Assembly (NCBI GenBank): GCA_964016885.1
Contig: OZ024764.1
Span: forward strand, 20,274,001 to 20,338,000
DNA: 64,000 nt
Direction of reading: 5' to 3'
Origin: Eledone cirrhosa
Lineage: Eukaryota
Shown here: one piece after another, positions 11,474-22,725 of the stretch
How the letters are laid out: the number at the start of each line of letters is the position of its first letter
How positions within the stretch are numbered: the stretch's first letter is position 1
Notes under the pieces: generated by a model
The model's input: the letters and a program-made list of their open reading frames with translations, nothing else
Told to the model about the DNA's origin: nothing
Database searches by the model: none
Program-made: the position numbers and the translations under genes

Positions 11474-11770
11474 AATATCACATGACCTTGACAGAAAAGA
11501 GTTTTTTAAAGACAACAGAAAGATGTTAAATTCAAGATATAAACTTGTTTTTATTCTGTGGTGAATTATGGTGAAATATTTCTTCTGAATTCAGATAAAT
11601 ATTTTCCTTTTTCACTGTCTGGAATATTTACAAGATGATTTTACATTCTGATTAAACTTTAGATATTTAGGAATATTTTCCAGAAGAGATGGGAAAATCA
11701 TTATACCACTGTAATATTTGTGGTAAAGTATTCTCTATTCTTTATATGTAGAACATCTAACTAAACATTT
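11474..11770 (+). pseudogene. Relic ZNF exon with one degenerate finger
   Basis: Acceptor TATTTCAG|AATATC mirrors that of the main exon. Encodes EEMGKSLYHCNICGKVFS. Shares CACTGTCTGGAAT..ACAAGATGATTTTA with the leader of ZNF C. Paralogs at 28465-28850, 32950-33140 and 51389-51700. Confidence 0.7.
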
Positions 11771-11879
11771 TAATTAACAAACTATTGTGCTATAGAATTG
11801 ACAAACTTGAACAATGTTTAATAAATGTTACAGATTTCTCCAAACTGTTGTTTACTAACTTCAATTTGAAGCTATATTA

Positions 11880-12243
11880 TCTATATACTACTAAAACTCT
11901 GTGATTGTGTCTTGTCCGTAATTTAATACAGCTAAAACAGTGCATAATGGGGAAATACTTTGAAAAGAATAAAACAATTTTTGTATAAATTGGAGCACAG
12001 GTTCCCAAGATACGGGGTTTTCTGGGTACCTTGATATAGATAGGGAGAGAAAGAGATAGTGGTTGTGAGAGTGAGGAGACAGATGGAAGAGAGAGAGAGA
12101 GAGCTGGTGGTGTTGTTTAATAAAATGTGTGTGTGTATATATATATATACGTATGTATATTTTAACTTTTAAAAATCATTTTTAAATGACTTTTAAAAAA
12201 TAGTTTTAAGGGAACGTGACCCAACAGGTCCCGGGTGGTCTAG
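11880..12243 (+). mobile_element. Non-autonomous Helitron
   Basis: Starts TCTATATACTACTAAAA, ends with a hairpin plus CTAG, sits between A and T with no TSD. Confidence 0.78.
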
Positions 12244-12650
12244 TTTGTTACTAAATACTAGATATTAGAGGGTCATGTTGTTCTAGATGTGCTGGAAGAG
12301 CCATTCCATCTCGTGAGGTTCACACCAGCAGCTAGCCACCTCAGCACCTATGGTGGTATATTTATTATATTATTTATTCTTTATCATTAACATTAATATA
12401 AAAGATAATTATATATTTTTAGAAAAGAACCTCTAATTTCATATAGCTTAGGGCTTCAGTAGGTAAAGTCTGGCCCTGCTTGTCTTGTATTTTTTAGGGG
12501 AGAAGTTAGGGAATACTGTTATTGTGTGAAAGTTTTCTAAATCTTCTTCAGCCACTAACATGGAGAAGATATTTCAGTAAGAAGGTTCACATCCTGACAT
12601 CTATAGCTGTTAACAATGAGATTGGAATTCATTATTAAACAAATGTTATA

Positions 12651-13170
12651 TCATCATCACTGTTTAACATCAGTTTTTCCACGCTGGCATGGGTTAGACG
12701 AGTTATCCTGTTGTAAGCAATGGCAGGTCAGGTGACCACGTGTTGCTCCTACAGAACCAATCTTGGTTTGGTTTCTACAGCTGGATGCCCTTCCTAGCAC
12801 CAACCTTATTTACATTGAGTACTGGGTGCTTTTTACTATCTCACCAACTCGACCACTTCACAGTGTGGGCTGGGTACTTTTTAACCTTTTGTCATGATAC
12901 CTACATGACCACTTTACAGTGAGTACTGGGTACTTTCTGTTGTGACTCTTACTTGACCACTTTACAGTGAGTACTGAGTACTTTGTCATGACACCTACAG
13001 TACCACTTTACAGTGAGTACTGGGTACTTTATGTCATGACACCTACAGTACCACTTTACAGTGTGGACTGGGTACTTTTTGTTGTGACACCTCCACGACC
13101 TCTTTACAGTGTGGACTGGGTACTTTTTGTTGTGACACCTACACGACCTCTTTACAGTGTTGGCAGTGAA
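12651..13170 (-). mobile_element. RTE 3'-tail element with 48-bp tandem repeats
   Basis: (TGA)n tail and GGAAGGGCATCCAGCTGTAGAAA (rc) are shared with the RTE 3'UTR at 30860-31005. Confidence 0.75.
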
Positions 13171-13278
13171 ATATCTAATGCACCAGCTTCAGTAATCAGA
13201 AGATCGCTGTTTTCTATATTATAATTTTATAATATACATATACACACACAAACACAAATATATATATATATATATATA

Positions 13279-16094
13279 GATGTGTGCTGCGTGCAAGAGG
13301 TGAGATGGAGAGGTGCCTCTGCGAGACTAGTCGTAGGCAAACATCTTAGCTATAAGCTTCTCTGGGTAGGTAAGGATGATGGGTTAGGGGGAGTAGGCAT
13401 TTTCCTGGCTGAGAGATGGATCAATAAGAGAATAGAGGTAGTTCAAGTTAGTAATAGAATAAGCTTAGATTAGTTGTAGGCAAGAGACTACTGACAATCA
13501 TCTCTGCCTATGTTCCCCAAGCAGGCCTAGGCAAAGATGAGAAAGACTGCTTTTACGAGAAACTTTTACAAACAGCCGCAATGACAGAGGACGGAGACAT
13601 CATTATGCTAGCAGGAGACTTCAATGGTCATGTTGGACTGCTCCAGGATGGTTATACTGGGGTACATGGTTACGGCTCAAGAAATGAAGGAGTGAGACTT
13701 CTTGAATTTTGTGATGCAGGTACATTGACTATTTGCAACACAAACTTCCAGAAACCTGCCAATCACCTAATAACCTACAAATCTGGCAAGCACATAAGCC
13801 AGATTGACTTCCTGCTAGTTAGGCAGCGGGAGAGGCAGATAGTGTCTAATACCAAGGCATACCCTCGGGAAGAATGTACCCCACAGCATAGGTTAGTTGT
13901 TAGTGATATCTCAGTAAGCAAGAGATGGAATGAGACATACAGGAAGGTGTGGAGAAGAAAGGTCTGGAAGCTAGAAGAGCTTTCACTAAAATACAAATTT
14001 AGGAAAGCCCTTCAAGATGTATATGACGAAAAAGAAGACGATTTAGAGACGTATGACATACATAACAATTGGAATTTCTTGCGTGACAACTTACTGCAGG
14101 CTACTGATGAAACTTGTGGTTGGAGCAGAGCTCCAACCAGACAGAGAGTGACCTGGTGGTGGAACAGCACGGTAGATAAGGCCATTAGAGACAAAAGACT
14201 AGCATGGAAGGCTTGGAAAAAGAGTGGGAGTAGGGAAGAATATACAGCCACTAAGAGAGAAGCTAGATGTCAAGTGTACTTAGCACACAGGGAGGCTGAG
14301 AGTAGGAGGTTTGCCAATGTTCTGCGACGGGAAGATCAGGGTCAATGCAAATCAGGATGTTGTTGGAGATAAATGTGTCCGGGATGATGCCGGTGTACTT
14401 AGTGTCACGAATGATCAGAAAGAGGAGGCCTGGAAATGTCATTATGAGAGACTGATGAATGTGGAGAATGAATGGGAGAAAGAGAAATTACCCTTAGTAG
14501 ATCTGACAGAGGGACCAGCTATTGAGATTGACGAATATAGGGTCCAAGAGGCGATTAAGGAAATGAAAAATGGTAAGGCTGCTGGACCATTGGGAATAGT
14601 TGCTGAGATGCTGAAGGCATCAGGGGACGTAGGCACTAAACTGGTTGCACGCATCATTAATCAGGCTATATATGGTGGTGTCATACCCAAAGACTGGTGC
14701 AGCAGTATTCTCATAAATTGCTACAAAGGTAAAGGGGATGCTCTGGAGAGGAGCAATTATAGGGGTATAAAACTGATAGATCAGTTATGAAAGTGGCAGA
14801 AAGGATATTAGCACAACTAATTAGAGAAAGGGTCAAACTAGATGAGATGCAGTTTAGTTTTGTGCCTGGGAAGAGTACAACCGATGCCCTCTTCTTGGTG
14901 AGACAATTGCAAGAGAGGTTCTTAGAGAAAAATAAGCCACTATACTTAGCCTTTGTTGACCTAGAGAAGACCTTTGATAGGGTACCCCGATCTGTCATCT
15001 GGTGGTCCCTAAGGAAACTAGGTGTTGAGGAATGGCTTGTGAGGACAGTGCAAGCTATGTACAAGTAGGAGTACATCAAGGTTTGGTCCTCAGTTCGCTC
15101 TTGTTCATTATAGTCCTCCAAGTCATAACAGAGGAGTTTAAGACTGGCTGCCCATGGGAACTTCTCTATGCTGACGATATGGTTTTTATATCAGAATCAG
15201 TAGAGGAGCTAGAGCATAAATTCTGGCTTTGGAAGCAAGAGGACTGAGAGTGAACCTAGCTAAGTCAAAAGTGTTAATGAGTAGAAAAGAGGACAAAACT
15301 CTGATTCTATTAGGGAAATGGCCATGTTCGATATGCAGAAAAGGAGCTGGCATAAATTCTATAATGTACACAATGCAGATCCTGGGCACACGAGATGTAG
15401 CGGGATAGCAGGCAAACTAACAGGTAGGGAGAAATACGTATGCAGTAGATGTACAGGGAAATTAGACAGTAGAAGTCGCATTGATAGACACAGTTTTCAA
15501 ATGCAGGAGGGTGCTATAGAAGTGATGGATAGCTTCCGGTACCTAGGAGATCAGATGAGCATGGGAGGAGGGTGTTCCGAGGCCATAGTAACTAGAATAA
15601 GGACGGGTTGTAAGACGTTTAGGGAGCTGCTTCCTCTGCTGACGAAGAAAGGCCGGTTGTATGATGCCTATGTGAGCACCGCAATGCTGCATGGTAGTGA
15701 GACATGGGCAGCAACTGCAGAAATGAGACATCCGTTGGATGTGCAGTGTAAATGTGCGTGAACGTCCCAGCATGAATGTGTTGAGAGAGAAACTGTGTCT
15801 GAGATGGATAGAATGTAGTGTACGGGGGAGAAGACTGAGGTGGTATGGACATGTGATGCGCATGGAGGATGACCGATGGGTGAAGAAGTGCCAGGAAATG
15901 ACAGTTGAAGGAAGACGTGGTAGAGGTAGACCACGAAAAACATGGGCGGAGGTGGTTAGAACAGACCTCACATCGTTGAAGCTCACGGTGGAGATGACGA
16001 AGGACCGTGATGAGTGGAGAGATGTTGTGCTGAATAAGACCCGTCCCACCCTTGCGAGCAGGGAATAGCGGACGTGAAATGATGATGATGATGA
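13279..16094 (+). mobile_element. RTE-clade LINE, near full length, frameshifted
   Basis: APE (CVQEVRW, GDFNGHVG, HRLV), RT (AFVDLEK, LYADD), GRGRPRKTW and a (GAT)n tail. Absent at the equivalent (TA)n site of unit B (~34110-34127). Confidence 0.95.
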
Positions 16095-16096
16095 TA

Positions 16097-17463
16097 CAGT
16101 GGTACCTTGACTTACGAGTGTCCCAACTATTCGGCTGATTTTTTGCGTTGAGTTCCAGGGTAAAATTCGGGTTGCGAGTCAGCTTCAGATGCCCCGCCAC
16201 TAGTTGGCATAGCGACCGCCACAGGGAATACCATAACACCCGCCCAGCATCCCATGGCTTCGAAGAAAGTGAGGGCGAAGGACAGTTCTGAGAAGAAGAA
16301 GCAGATGATGTGTATTGAATTAAAGAAAGAAATTATAGAAAAACATGACCAAGGTGTGTGTAGTGGACTTGGTGAAGCAGTACGAGTGATGAAACAGAAC
16401 TTTTTTGGAAGAAGATGCCACGGAGGACTTATATAATGGCAGAGGAGAAGAGGATGCCTGGCCACAAACCCATAAAGGATAGGCTAACCCTCGCACTGTG
16501 CCAATGTGAGCGGTGACTGTAAGATTAAGTTGCTGCTCATTTATCATTCAGACAATTCCAGAGTCTGAAAGAAAAATTGCAGGTTATGTGGAGGGCAAAC
16601 CCGAGGACATGGGTCACCAGGCAGTTCTTTGTGGAGTGGGTGAATTTGGTCTTTGGTCCTGACGTTAAAAAATATCTCCAGGAAAATAACCTACCCCTGC
16701 AAACCTTCTTGTTTTGGACAATACACCTGCTCACCAACCTAACCTTGAAGAGTTCAAGTTTATAAAGGTTCTCTACCTTCCACCAAACACCACCCCTATC
16801 CTACAGCCCAAGGACCAGCAGGTACTTTCTAATTTCAAGAAGCTCTTCACCAAGCACCTGTTCAGTCGCTGCTTTGAAGTGACGGGGAGCACAAACCTCA
16901 CCCTTGAGAGGTCTGGAAGGACCATTATAACATCGTGATATACCTCAGAATTATCGATATGACCTGGCAGGGTCTTACAAAGAGGACCTTGACCTCTACA
17001 TGGAAGAAGCTGTGGCCTGAAGTTGTGTTTAAAACAGACTTTGAAAGACTGGAACCCGAAGCGGCAGTGGTGGAGGAGATTGTACCCCTCCATGGGCCTG
17101 GACATGGATGAAGGTGACATCAACGAGCTCATCGAGGAGCACTCCCAGGAGATGACAACGAAGGAATTAAAGGAGCTACAGACACAGCAACACACGGAGT
17201 TTTTGCAGGAAATAGGTGACACAGAGGAGGTTATCTGAACAAGTGAGATGAAACAAACCTTATTAGACAGGTTTTTATTGAAAATCCCTGCAGATAAAAA
17301 CACGTAACAAAACAAACTGTGGTTTGGGGGGGGGGGGGGGGGTCTGGAACGGATTAATGGCATTTTATTTTATTTCAGTGGGGAAAATTGATTTGACATA
17401 CGAGTAATTTAAGTTACGAGGTCCTCCACGGAACAAATTAAACTCATAAGTCAAGGTACAACA

Positions 17464-17464
<1 letters not shown>
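16097..17464 (+). mobile_element. Tigger/pogo DNA transposon, internally deleted
   Basis: TA followed by 23-bp TIR CAGTGGTACCTTGACTTACGAGT; imperfect rc at 17442-17464. Encodes ELKKEIIEK, DNTPAH and LPPNTT..QPxDQ. Confidence 0.92.
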
Positions 17465-17497
<33 letters not shown>

Positions 17498-17502
17498 GAA
17501 GG

Positions 17503-17671
17503 AACGATCGACTTTCGTCAAATCGGACCGAGGAAGCAATGTTTCCATTGGTCTTTCCAATTGCTAGTACTAACGGTCGCAATTCCAGGTAGAAGGAACA
17601 ACGTGAAATAAAGTGTCTTGCTCAAGGTCATAACGCATCGCCTGATCCAGGAAGCGAACTCACAACCTCAA
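17503..17671 (-). mobile_element. tRNA-derived SINE, inverted, A-box missing
   Basis: Reverse complement of ~56312-56483. Confidence 0.8.
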
Positions 17672-18836
17672 GATATATATATATATAGTTAAATATTAGA
17701 CAGGAACAAAAAACAGAGGCAGTGCAAATGGTAGTTTATAACCTACCCCTGCAAACCTTGCTTGCACTGTCCTCACAAGCCATTCCTCAACACCTAGAGA
17801 GAGACAAACACATATATACCCCTACTACAGTAAAACATAAAACATATGTAAGGGGAGACAACTCTCGTTACATCCCCTCTTCTTTTTGACATACGATCTT
17901 TAGATACTTTGTACAATGGAATCTACTTTATTTTGTGTCCTAAGTAGATTTCTGTTTAAGTATTTACGAGATTCACAATGATTCACGTAACCAAGTTACT
18001 TACATAGAGATATATTTCACATAGAATCACAACAAATGAAAATATTAAGTCAACACTCTGTCAATCAGTCTCACATCACATGGGGTGCCGGAGTCTCCCT
18101 CTAATACTTTCTGAGACAGTCTTACCTCGAGTGATAGCAAGGCTAAGATGTTGGAACTACCAAACACCCTCATATGTATCACCTGACACCTCGGTAAGGA
18201 AAGCTGCCAACGATAACAGGGACCTCGTTGTCAGGGACCTATCTCCTCCAAACTTCTCCAACACCACAGACTAGAATATTCTACTCTTTATTCCCTATCA
18301 AATATATTTCTGTCTAGTCATTTATCTTGTATCTTGTATATGTATTTTCAAAACTAACTGTCACATTTGTGAGACCCCAGTTAGTGATGTTTTTGTCTCC
18401 CTCCCACATCCTACATGCTGTAGTAAAAGTGAGGGTCACTGCTTCCGTAGACGAACGAAATAAAAGCTAAACTACCAGTAATTATCGGCAAAGTATTTAT
18501 TCCAGTCTGTGATGTTTGAGAAGCTGGGCTATTGACAACGAAGTTGTGGTCACTGTTGGCGGCTGGCTTTACCGAAGTACCCGATGACTCTTGTGAGGGT
18601 ACTTAGCTGTTCTGGCGGTTTAGCCTCCATATGACCCGATCTTACCGAGATACCCGGTGATCTCTGTCAGGGTACTTAGCTGTTCTGGTTGCTTAGCCTC
18701 CATATGACCCGATCTTACCGAGATACCCGGTGATCTCTGTAAGAGTACTTAGCTGTTCTATTTTAATTTCATTTACTGTTTTTTACTTCATTTTTTTATT
18801 ACAAACTTTACATAATTTAATTCGGTAAAAATATTT

Positions 18837-18911
18837 TTACGTCACAAAAAAACTTGACCTTTGACATTGAAGCATGCGCAGTGGTGCAGTTGTCGACTTC
18901 CTGTCCACGTG
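18837..18911 (+). promoter_or_regulatory. Putative ZNF promoter B
   Basis: TTACGTCA, TGACCTTTGAC, GCATGCGCA (18872), ACTTCCTG and CACGTG. Confidence 0.68.
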
Positions 18912-19043
18912 TTAGTCTTCCTACAACATCATTTAGACAACATTTCTGTAAATACTAAACACCTGAGACTATAATGTAAATATTATGTCTATTAATATTG
19001 TAGATTTAAGCTCACTTTTCACATCACAAATATATATTTTCTT

Positions 19044-19743
19044 GGCTCAACCTTAAGTCTCACGTCAGAAATGAAATTTATTTACATTTTCGATTCATTA
19101 AAAACTATTGTTTATCTGAATACAAAAATTGGTTGGACGACTACGGGCTGGCACTACGTTAGTTGATGTTTTGGATGTAAATGACATCGTTAATGAGAAT
19201 ATTACACTTGTTACTCTTATACCTGTCATACACGGTGACAATCTATGTTACAGTGGCTCGTAAGACGGCAGTGACAGTGTCAATTGTCCTGTTTGTAATG
19301 AAACCTGCACATTAAACCATTATTCTGAGACTCACAAGAAATGGAGATGGCGATGTAACCCCGACAATGTCTCCCAAGCAGTGCGACATAATTGTTTTTT
19401 TCAAGGAAGCCATGTGCCACTCGATCACCTTATTTTTATTTTATACATGTGGTGCTACAATTATACACAAGCTGAGATGATTCGAGAAACGGGAGTCTCC
19501 CAACCGACAATTATTGACTGGTGCAATTTTATTCGAGAAATTTGCAAGCAATATTTGGAGGAAAATCGCCAACAACTTGGAGGCTTCGATGACAATGGTG
19601 AGTCCATCATTGTCGAGATCGACGAGAGCCAACATGGTACCAGAGCTGCTTTATTTCAATCTTATATTGCAGTCTTTGGCGACAGAGAGTTGGTGCCAAC
19701 AAGTTTGGCGAGATGATAAACTGCATTGAAGCAATTGATATGG
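19044..19743 (+). mobile_element. Merlin (IS1595/ISXO2-like) transposase fragment
   Basis: CPVC..WRWRC N-terminus, TIIDWCNFIREIC and IVEIDES, then a direct jump to C-terminal HGT..LFQSYIA. Absent from A, C and D. Confidence 0.85.
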
Positions 19744-20086
19744 TGTTTCATTACTGGAAATATAAGATGTTATGGTAATTATCTATATTTTACCTCACAC
19801 CTTACGGGTTAACTGCACACTTTGAGGCAAGCCAACACACTGGCAGCAATACCACGGGTGATGGTGAGGCTAAGGTGATTAAATAACCAGGTACCCACAC
19901 GGATATCACCTGACACCTCAGTAAGGTGAGGCTAAGGTGCTGAGATAACCAGGTACCCTCACGGGTATCACCTGACACCTCATTAAGGTGAGGCTAAGGT
20001 GCTTAAATAACCAGGTACCCTCACGGGTATCACCTGACACCTCAGTAAGGTGAGGCTAAGGTACTGAAATAACTAGGTACCCTCAC

Positions 20087-20430
20087 GGAAACGACTAGAT
20101 TTGTAGAAAAAGTAGGGTGAAAGTATACAAAGAGATGTAGTTTCACAGATCTACTCACACCTCACGTTGAGTGGGAATTAATTATTTTTCTAGACCCCTT
20201 TTCAATATTTCCTCTGGACCCCTTAGATACTTGCAATAGACATTTTATTCCCCAGTATTAGGGTTAGGGTTTCCGTTTTCAGGAAGAAAAGTCGATTGCA
20301 AACATCTAATAGGTCGAGAAAAATAATAAGGAAAGATAATTATTTCCCAGCCAACTGGAGAAGTGTGTAGCTCTTCTAAACTCTGATAATCCTGTCTCCC
20401 ACTTCTTTATCTACAAATCTAGTCGTTTCC
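20087..20430. mobile_element. Palindromic MITE (unit B copy)
   Basis: Same TIRs as 3756-4111. Confidence 0.85.
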
Positions 20431-20826
20431 TGCTACTTTGAAGGCCCTATTTATTGATAACACCACTTGTAAATCTTTGTCAACTTTTCATACGTAAATT
20501 GTGAATCAGTTATTTTTAAACAAACTATCAAAGAAGTGATCTCACAGTAACTGTGTTTGATTTAATCCACTTATTCCCCCCAAACATTGTCGACCTTGTG
20601 TCTAAATCAGAAACTATTATTAGATCTTAAATCAACCCCGTAAAGATGAAGGGCAAAGCTAACCTCGGCGGGATTTCAACCCTTTATGTTATGAGTTCAA
20701 ATCCCACCAAAGTTAACTTTGTCTTTCATTCTAACGGGGTGGATAAATTAAAGTTCCAGTAATCTACTGGGGTCTGAGATATTAAATGTTTGAGTAGATT
20801 CTATCTTTTTGTGTGTTTGTATTTAT

Positions 20827-21205
20827 TCTCTCAAAGACAATGACACACGACCGTGACTTCTGGCGTCACGCAGTAATACAGAGTACCCGACCTCCCATGT
20901 TTACATGCTGAAGCATATAAACAATATGCCCCCACACCCCCCACCGCAAGGTGGTCGTGGAGGTGCCACGGCAAAAAAGCACCCAGCCCGCACTGTAAAG
21001 TGGACGTGTAGGTGCCACGAAAAAGCACCCAGCACTCACTGTAAATGAGGTTGGTGTTAGGAAGGGCATCCAGCTGTAGAAATCAAGCCAGATCAGTTCC
21101 TATATGAGCAAGGCATGGTCAGCCGACTAGACACTGCACACAACAGGACAACCCGTCTAACCCATGCTAGCGTGGAAGAACGGACGTAAAACGGTGATGA
21201 TGATG
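20827..21205 (+). mobile_element. 5'-truncated RTE (ORF end plus 3'UTR)
   Basis: SKTMTHDRDFWRHAV resembles the end of ORF 29915-30634, with a (GAT)n tail. Empty site in A (~4506) and C. Confidence 0.82.
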
Positions 21206-21692
21206 AATCTTATTAGAACACCTGTGACCTTTTGGGTCACGTTCCCTTTAAAAATAATTTTTAAATAATTAAAATATACAGACATGTCTATAATCTAAAA
21301 TGAAATTAGTAGTTAGGCCCATGTATATATATATATATATGCGTGTGTGTATATATATATATATGTGTGTGTATATATATGTCACAGACACACACACAAG
21401 TCACTTGTTATAATTTTAAAATTTCGTTCAACAACACCACCAGCTCTCTCTCTCTATTTATGAAGGTACCAGAAAAAACTCATATCTCGGGAACCTGTGC
21501 TCTGATTTACATGAAACTTGTTTTATCCCATTTGTATTCCCATTTCAGGGTCAACTTCCTTTCAAACTATTTTCCCATTATGCCCCGTTTTGACTGTATT
21601 ACATTACAGACAAGACACAATCACAGAGTTTTAGGTTTATAATGTTATAGTATCATGATAGGGTAATACAGTTATTTATAGACCTGTGGTAA

Positions 21693-22290
21693 ATGTTGGT
21701 TCAGTCCACCCTGGGGGGTGTTAGTGTTGGTTCAGTACACCCTGGGGAGGGTTAGTGTTGGTTCAGTCCACCCTGGGGGGTGTTAGTGTTGGTTCAGTCC
21801 ACCCTGGGAGGTGTTAGTGTTGGTTCAGTCCACCCTGGGGGGTGTAAGTGTTGGTTCAGTAAACCCTGGGGAGTGTTAGTGTTGGTTCAGTCCACCCTGG
21901 GGGCTGTTAGCGTTGGTTCAGTCCACCTTGGGAGGTGTTAGTGTTGGTTCAGTCCACCCTGGGGAGTGTTAGTGTTGGTTCAGTCCACTCTGGGGGGTGT
22001 AAGTGTTGGTTCAGTCCACCCTGGGGAGTGTTAGTGTTGGTTCAGTCCACTCTGGGGGGTGTAAGTGTTGGTTCAGTCCACCCTGGGGGGTGTAAGTGTT
22101 GGTTCAGTCCACCCTGGGGGCTGTTAGCGTTGGTTCAGTCCACCTTGGGAGGTGTTAGTGTTGGTTCAGTCCACCCTGGGGGATGTTAGTGTTGGTTCAG
22201 TCCACCCTGGGGAGTGTTAGTGTTGGTTCAGTCCACCCTGGGGGGTGTAAGTGTTGGTTCAGTCTACCCTGAGGGGTGTCAGTGTTGGTG
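21693..22290 (+). repeat. ~31-bp G-rich minisatellite (~19 copies)
   Basis: Unit GTGTTAGTGTTGGTTCAGTCCACCCTGGGGG; ~2 copies in A (5025-5095) and ~6 in C (45620-45810). Confidence 0.92.
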
Positions 22291-22725
22291 AATGATAACC
22301 TTTATAACTAGAGACCTGTTGGTGAGGACAAGCAGGAAGTGGTGACATCTTTCTGCTACCTGTGTGACATGTCAGCTGGAAGTGGAGCCAAGTTCACTGC
22401 CATCGTGCTGTGCCACTCCACAGGTAACAAGTTTAGGCAGCTTCTCCTAATCCTCAAGACATGCTGGCTACCATTAGACACCATGGGGCAGGTTTATAAC
22501 ACCTGTGGGAGAAGTGTGTTGTTTCATGCCAGCGAGACCTGGGCCATGTTATCTGACTGTCTGAATTGACTCTGAAGAAATGACAGAGCTATGATCCACT
22601 GGATGTGTAGTGTGACCATTGAGGATGATGTCAGCTCAACTGAGCTCCTAAAAAAACTGCTGATCGACAACCTCAAGGATGTGTTTCACAGGAGACACAT
22701 GCACTGGTATGGCCATGTTGTGCAT

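Larger units (their letters stand above)
1557..17840 (+). repeat. Segmental duplication unit A
   Basis: Anchors recur in the same order at 1789/18080/37135/56778 and 2959/18872/37853/57510. Boundaries are approximate. Confidence 0.9.

Noticed and set aside
17325-17342. Poly-G tract as a G-quadruplex element
   Set aside because: The paralog in B has only G6; this is a homopolymer expansion or sequencing error.
21693-22290. CRISPR-like periodicity (also the 59-, 48-, 39- and 82-bp arrays)
   Set aside because: Head-to-tail repeats with no unique spacers and no cas genes, in a eukaryotic context.
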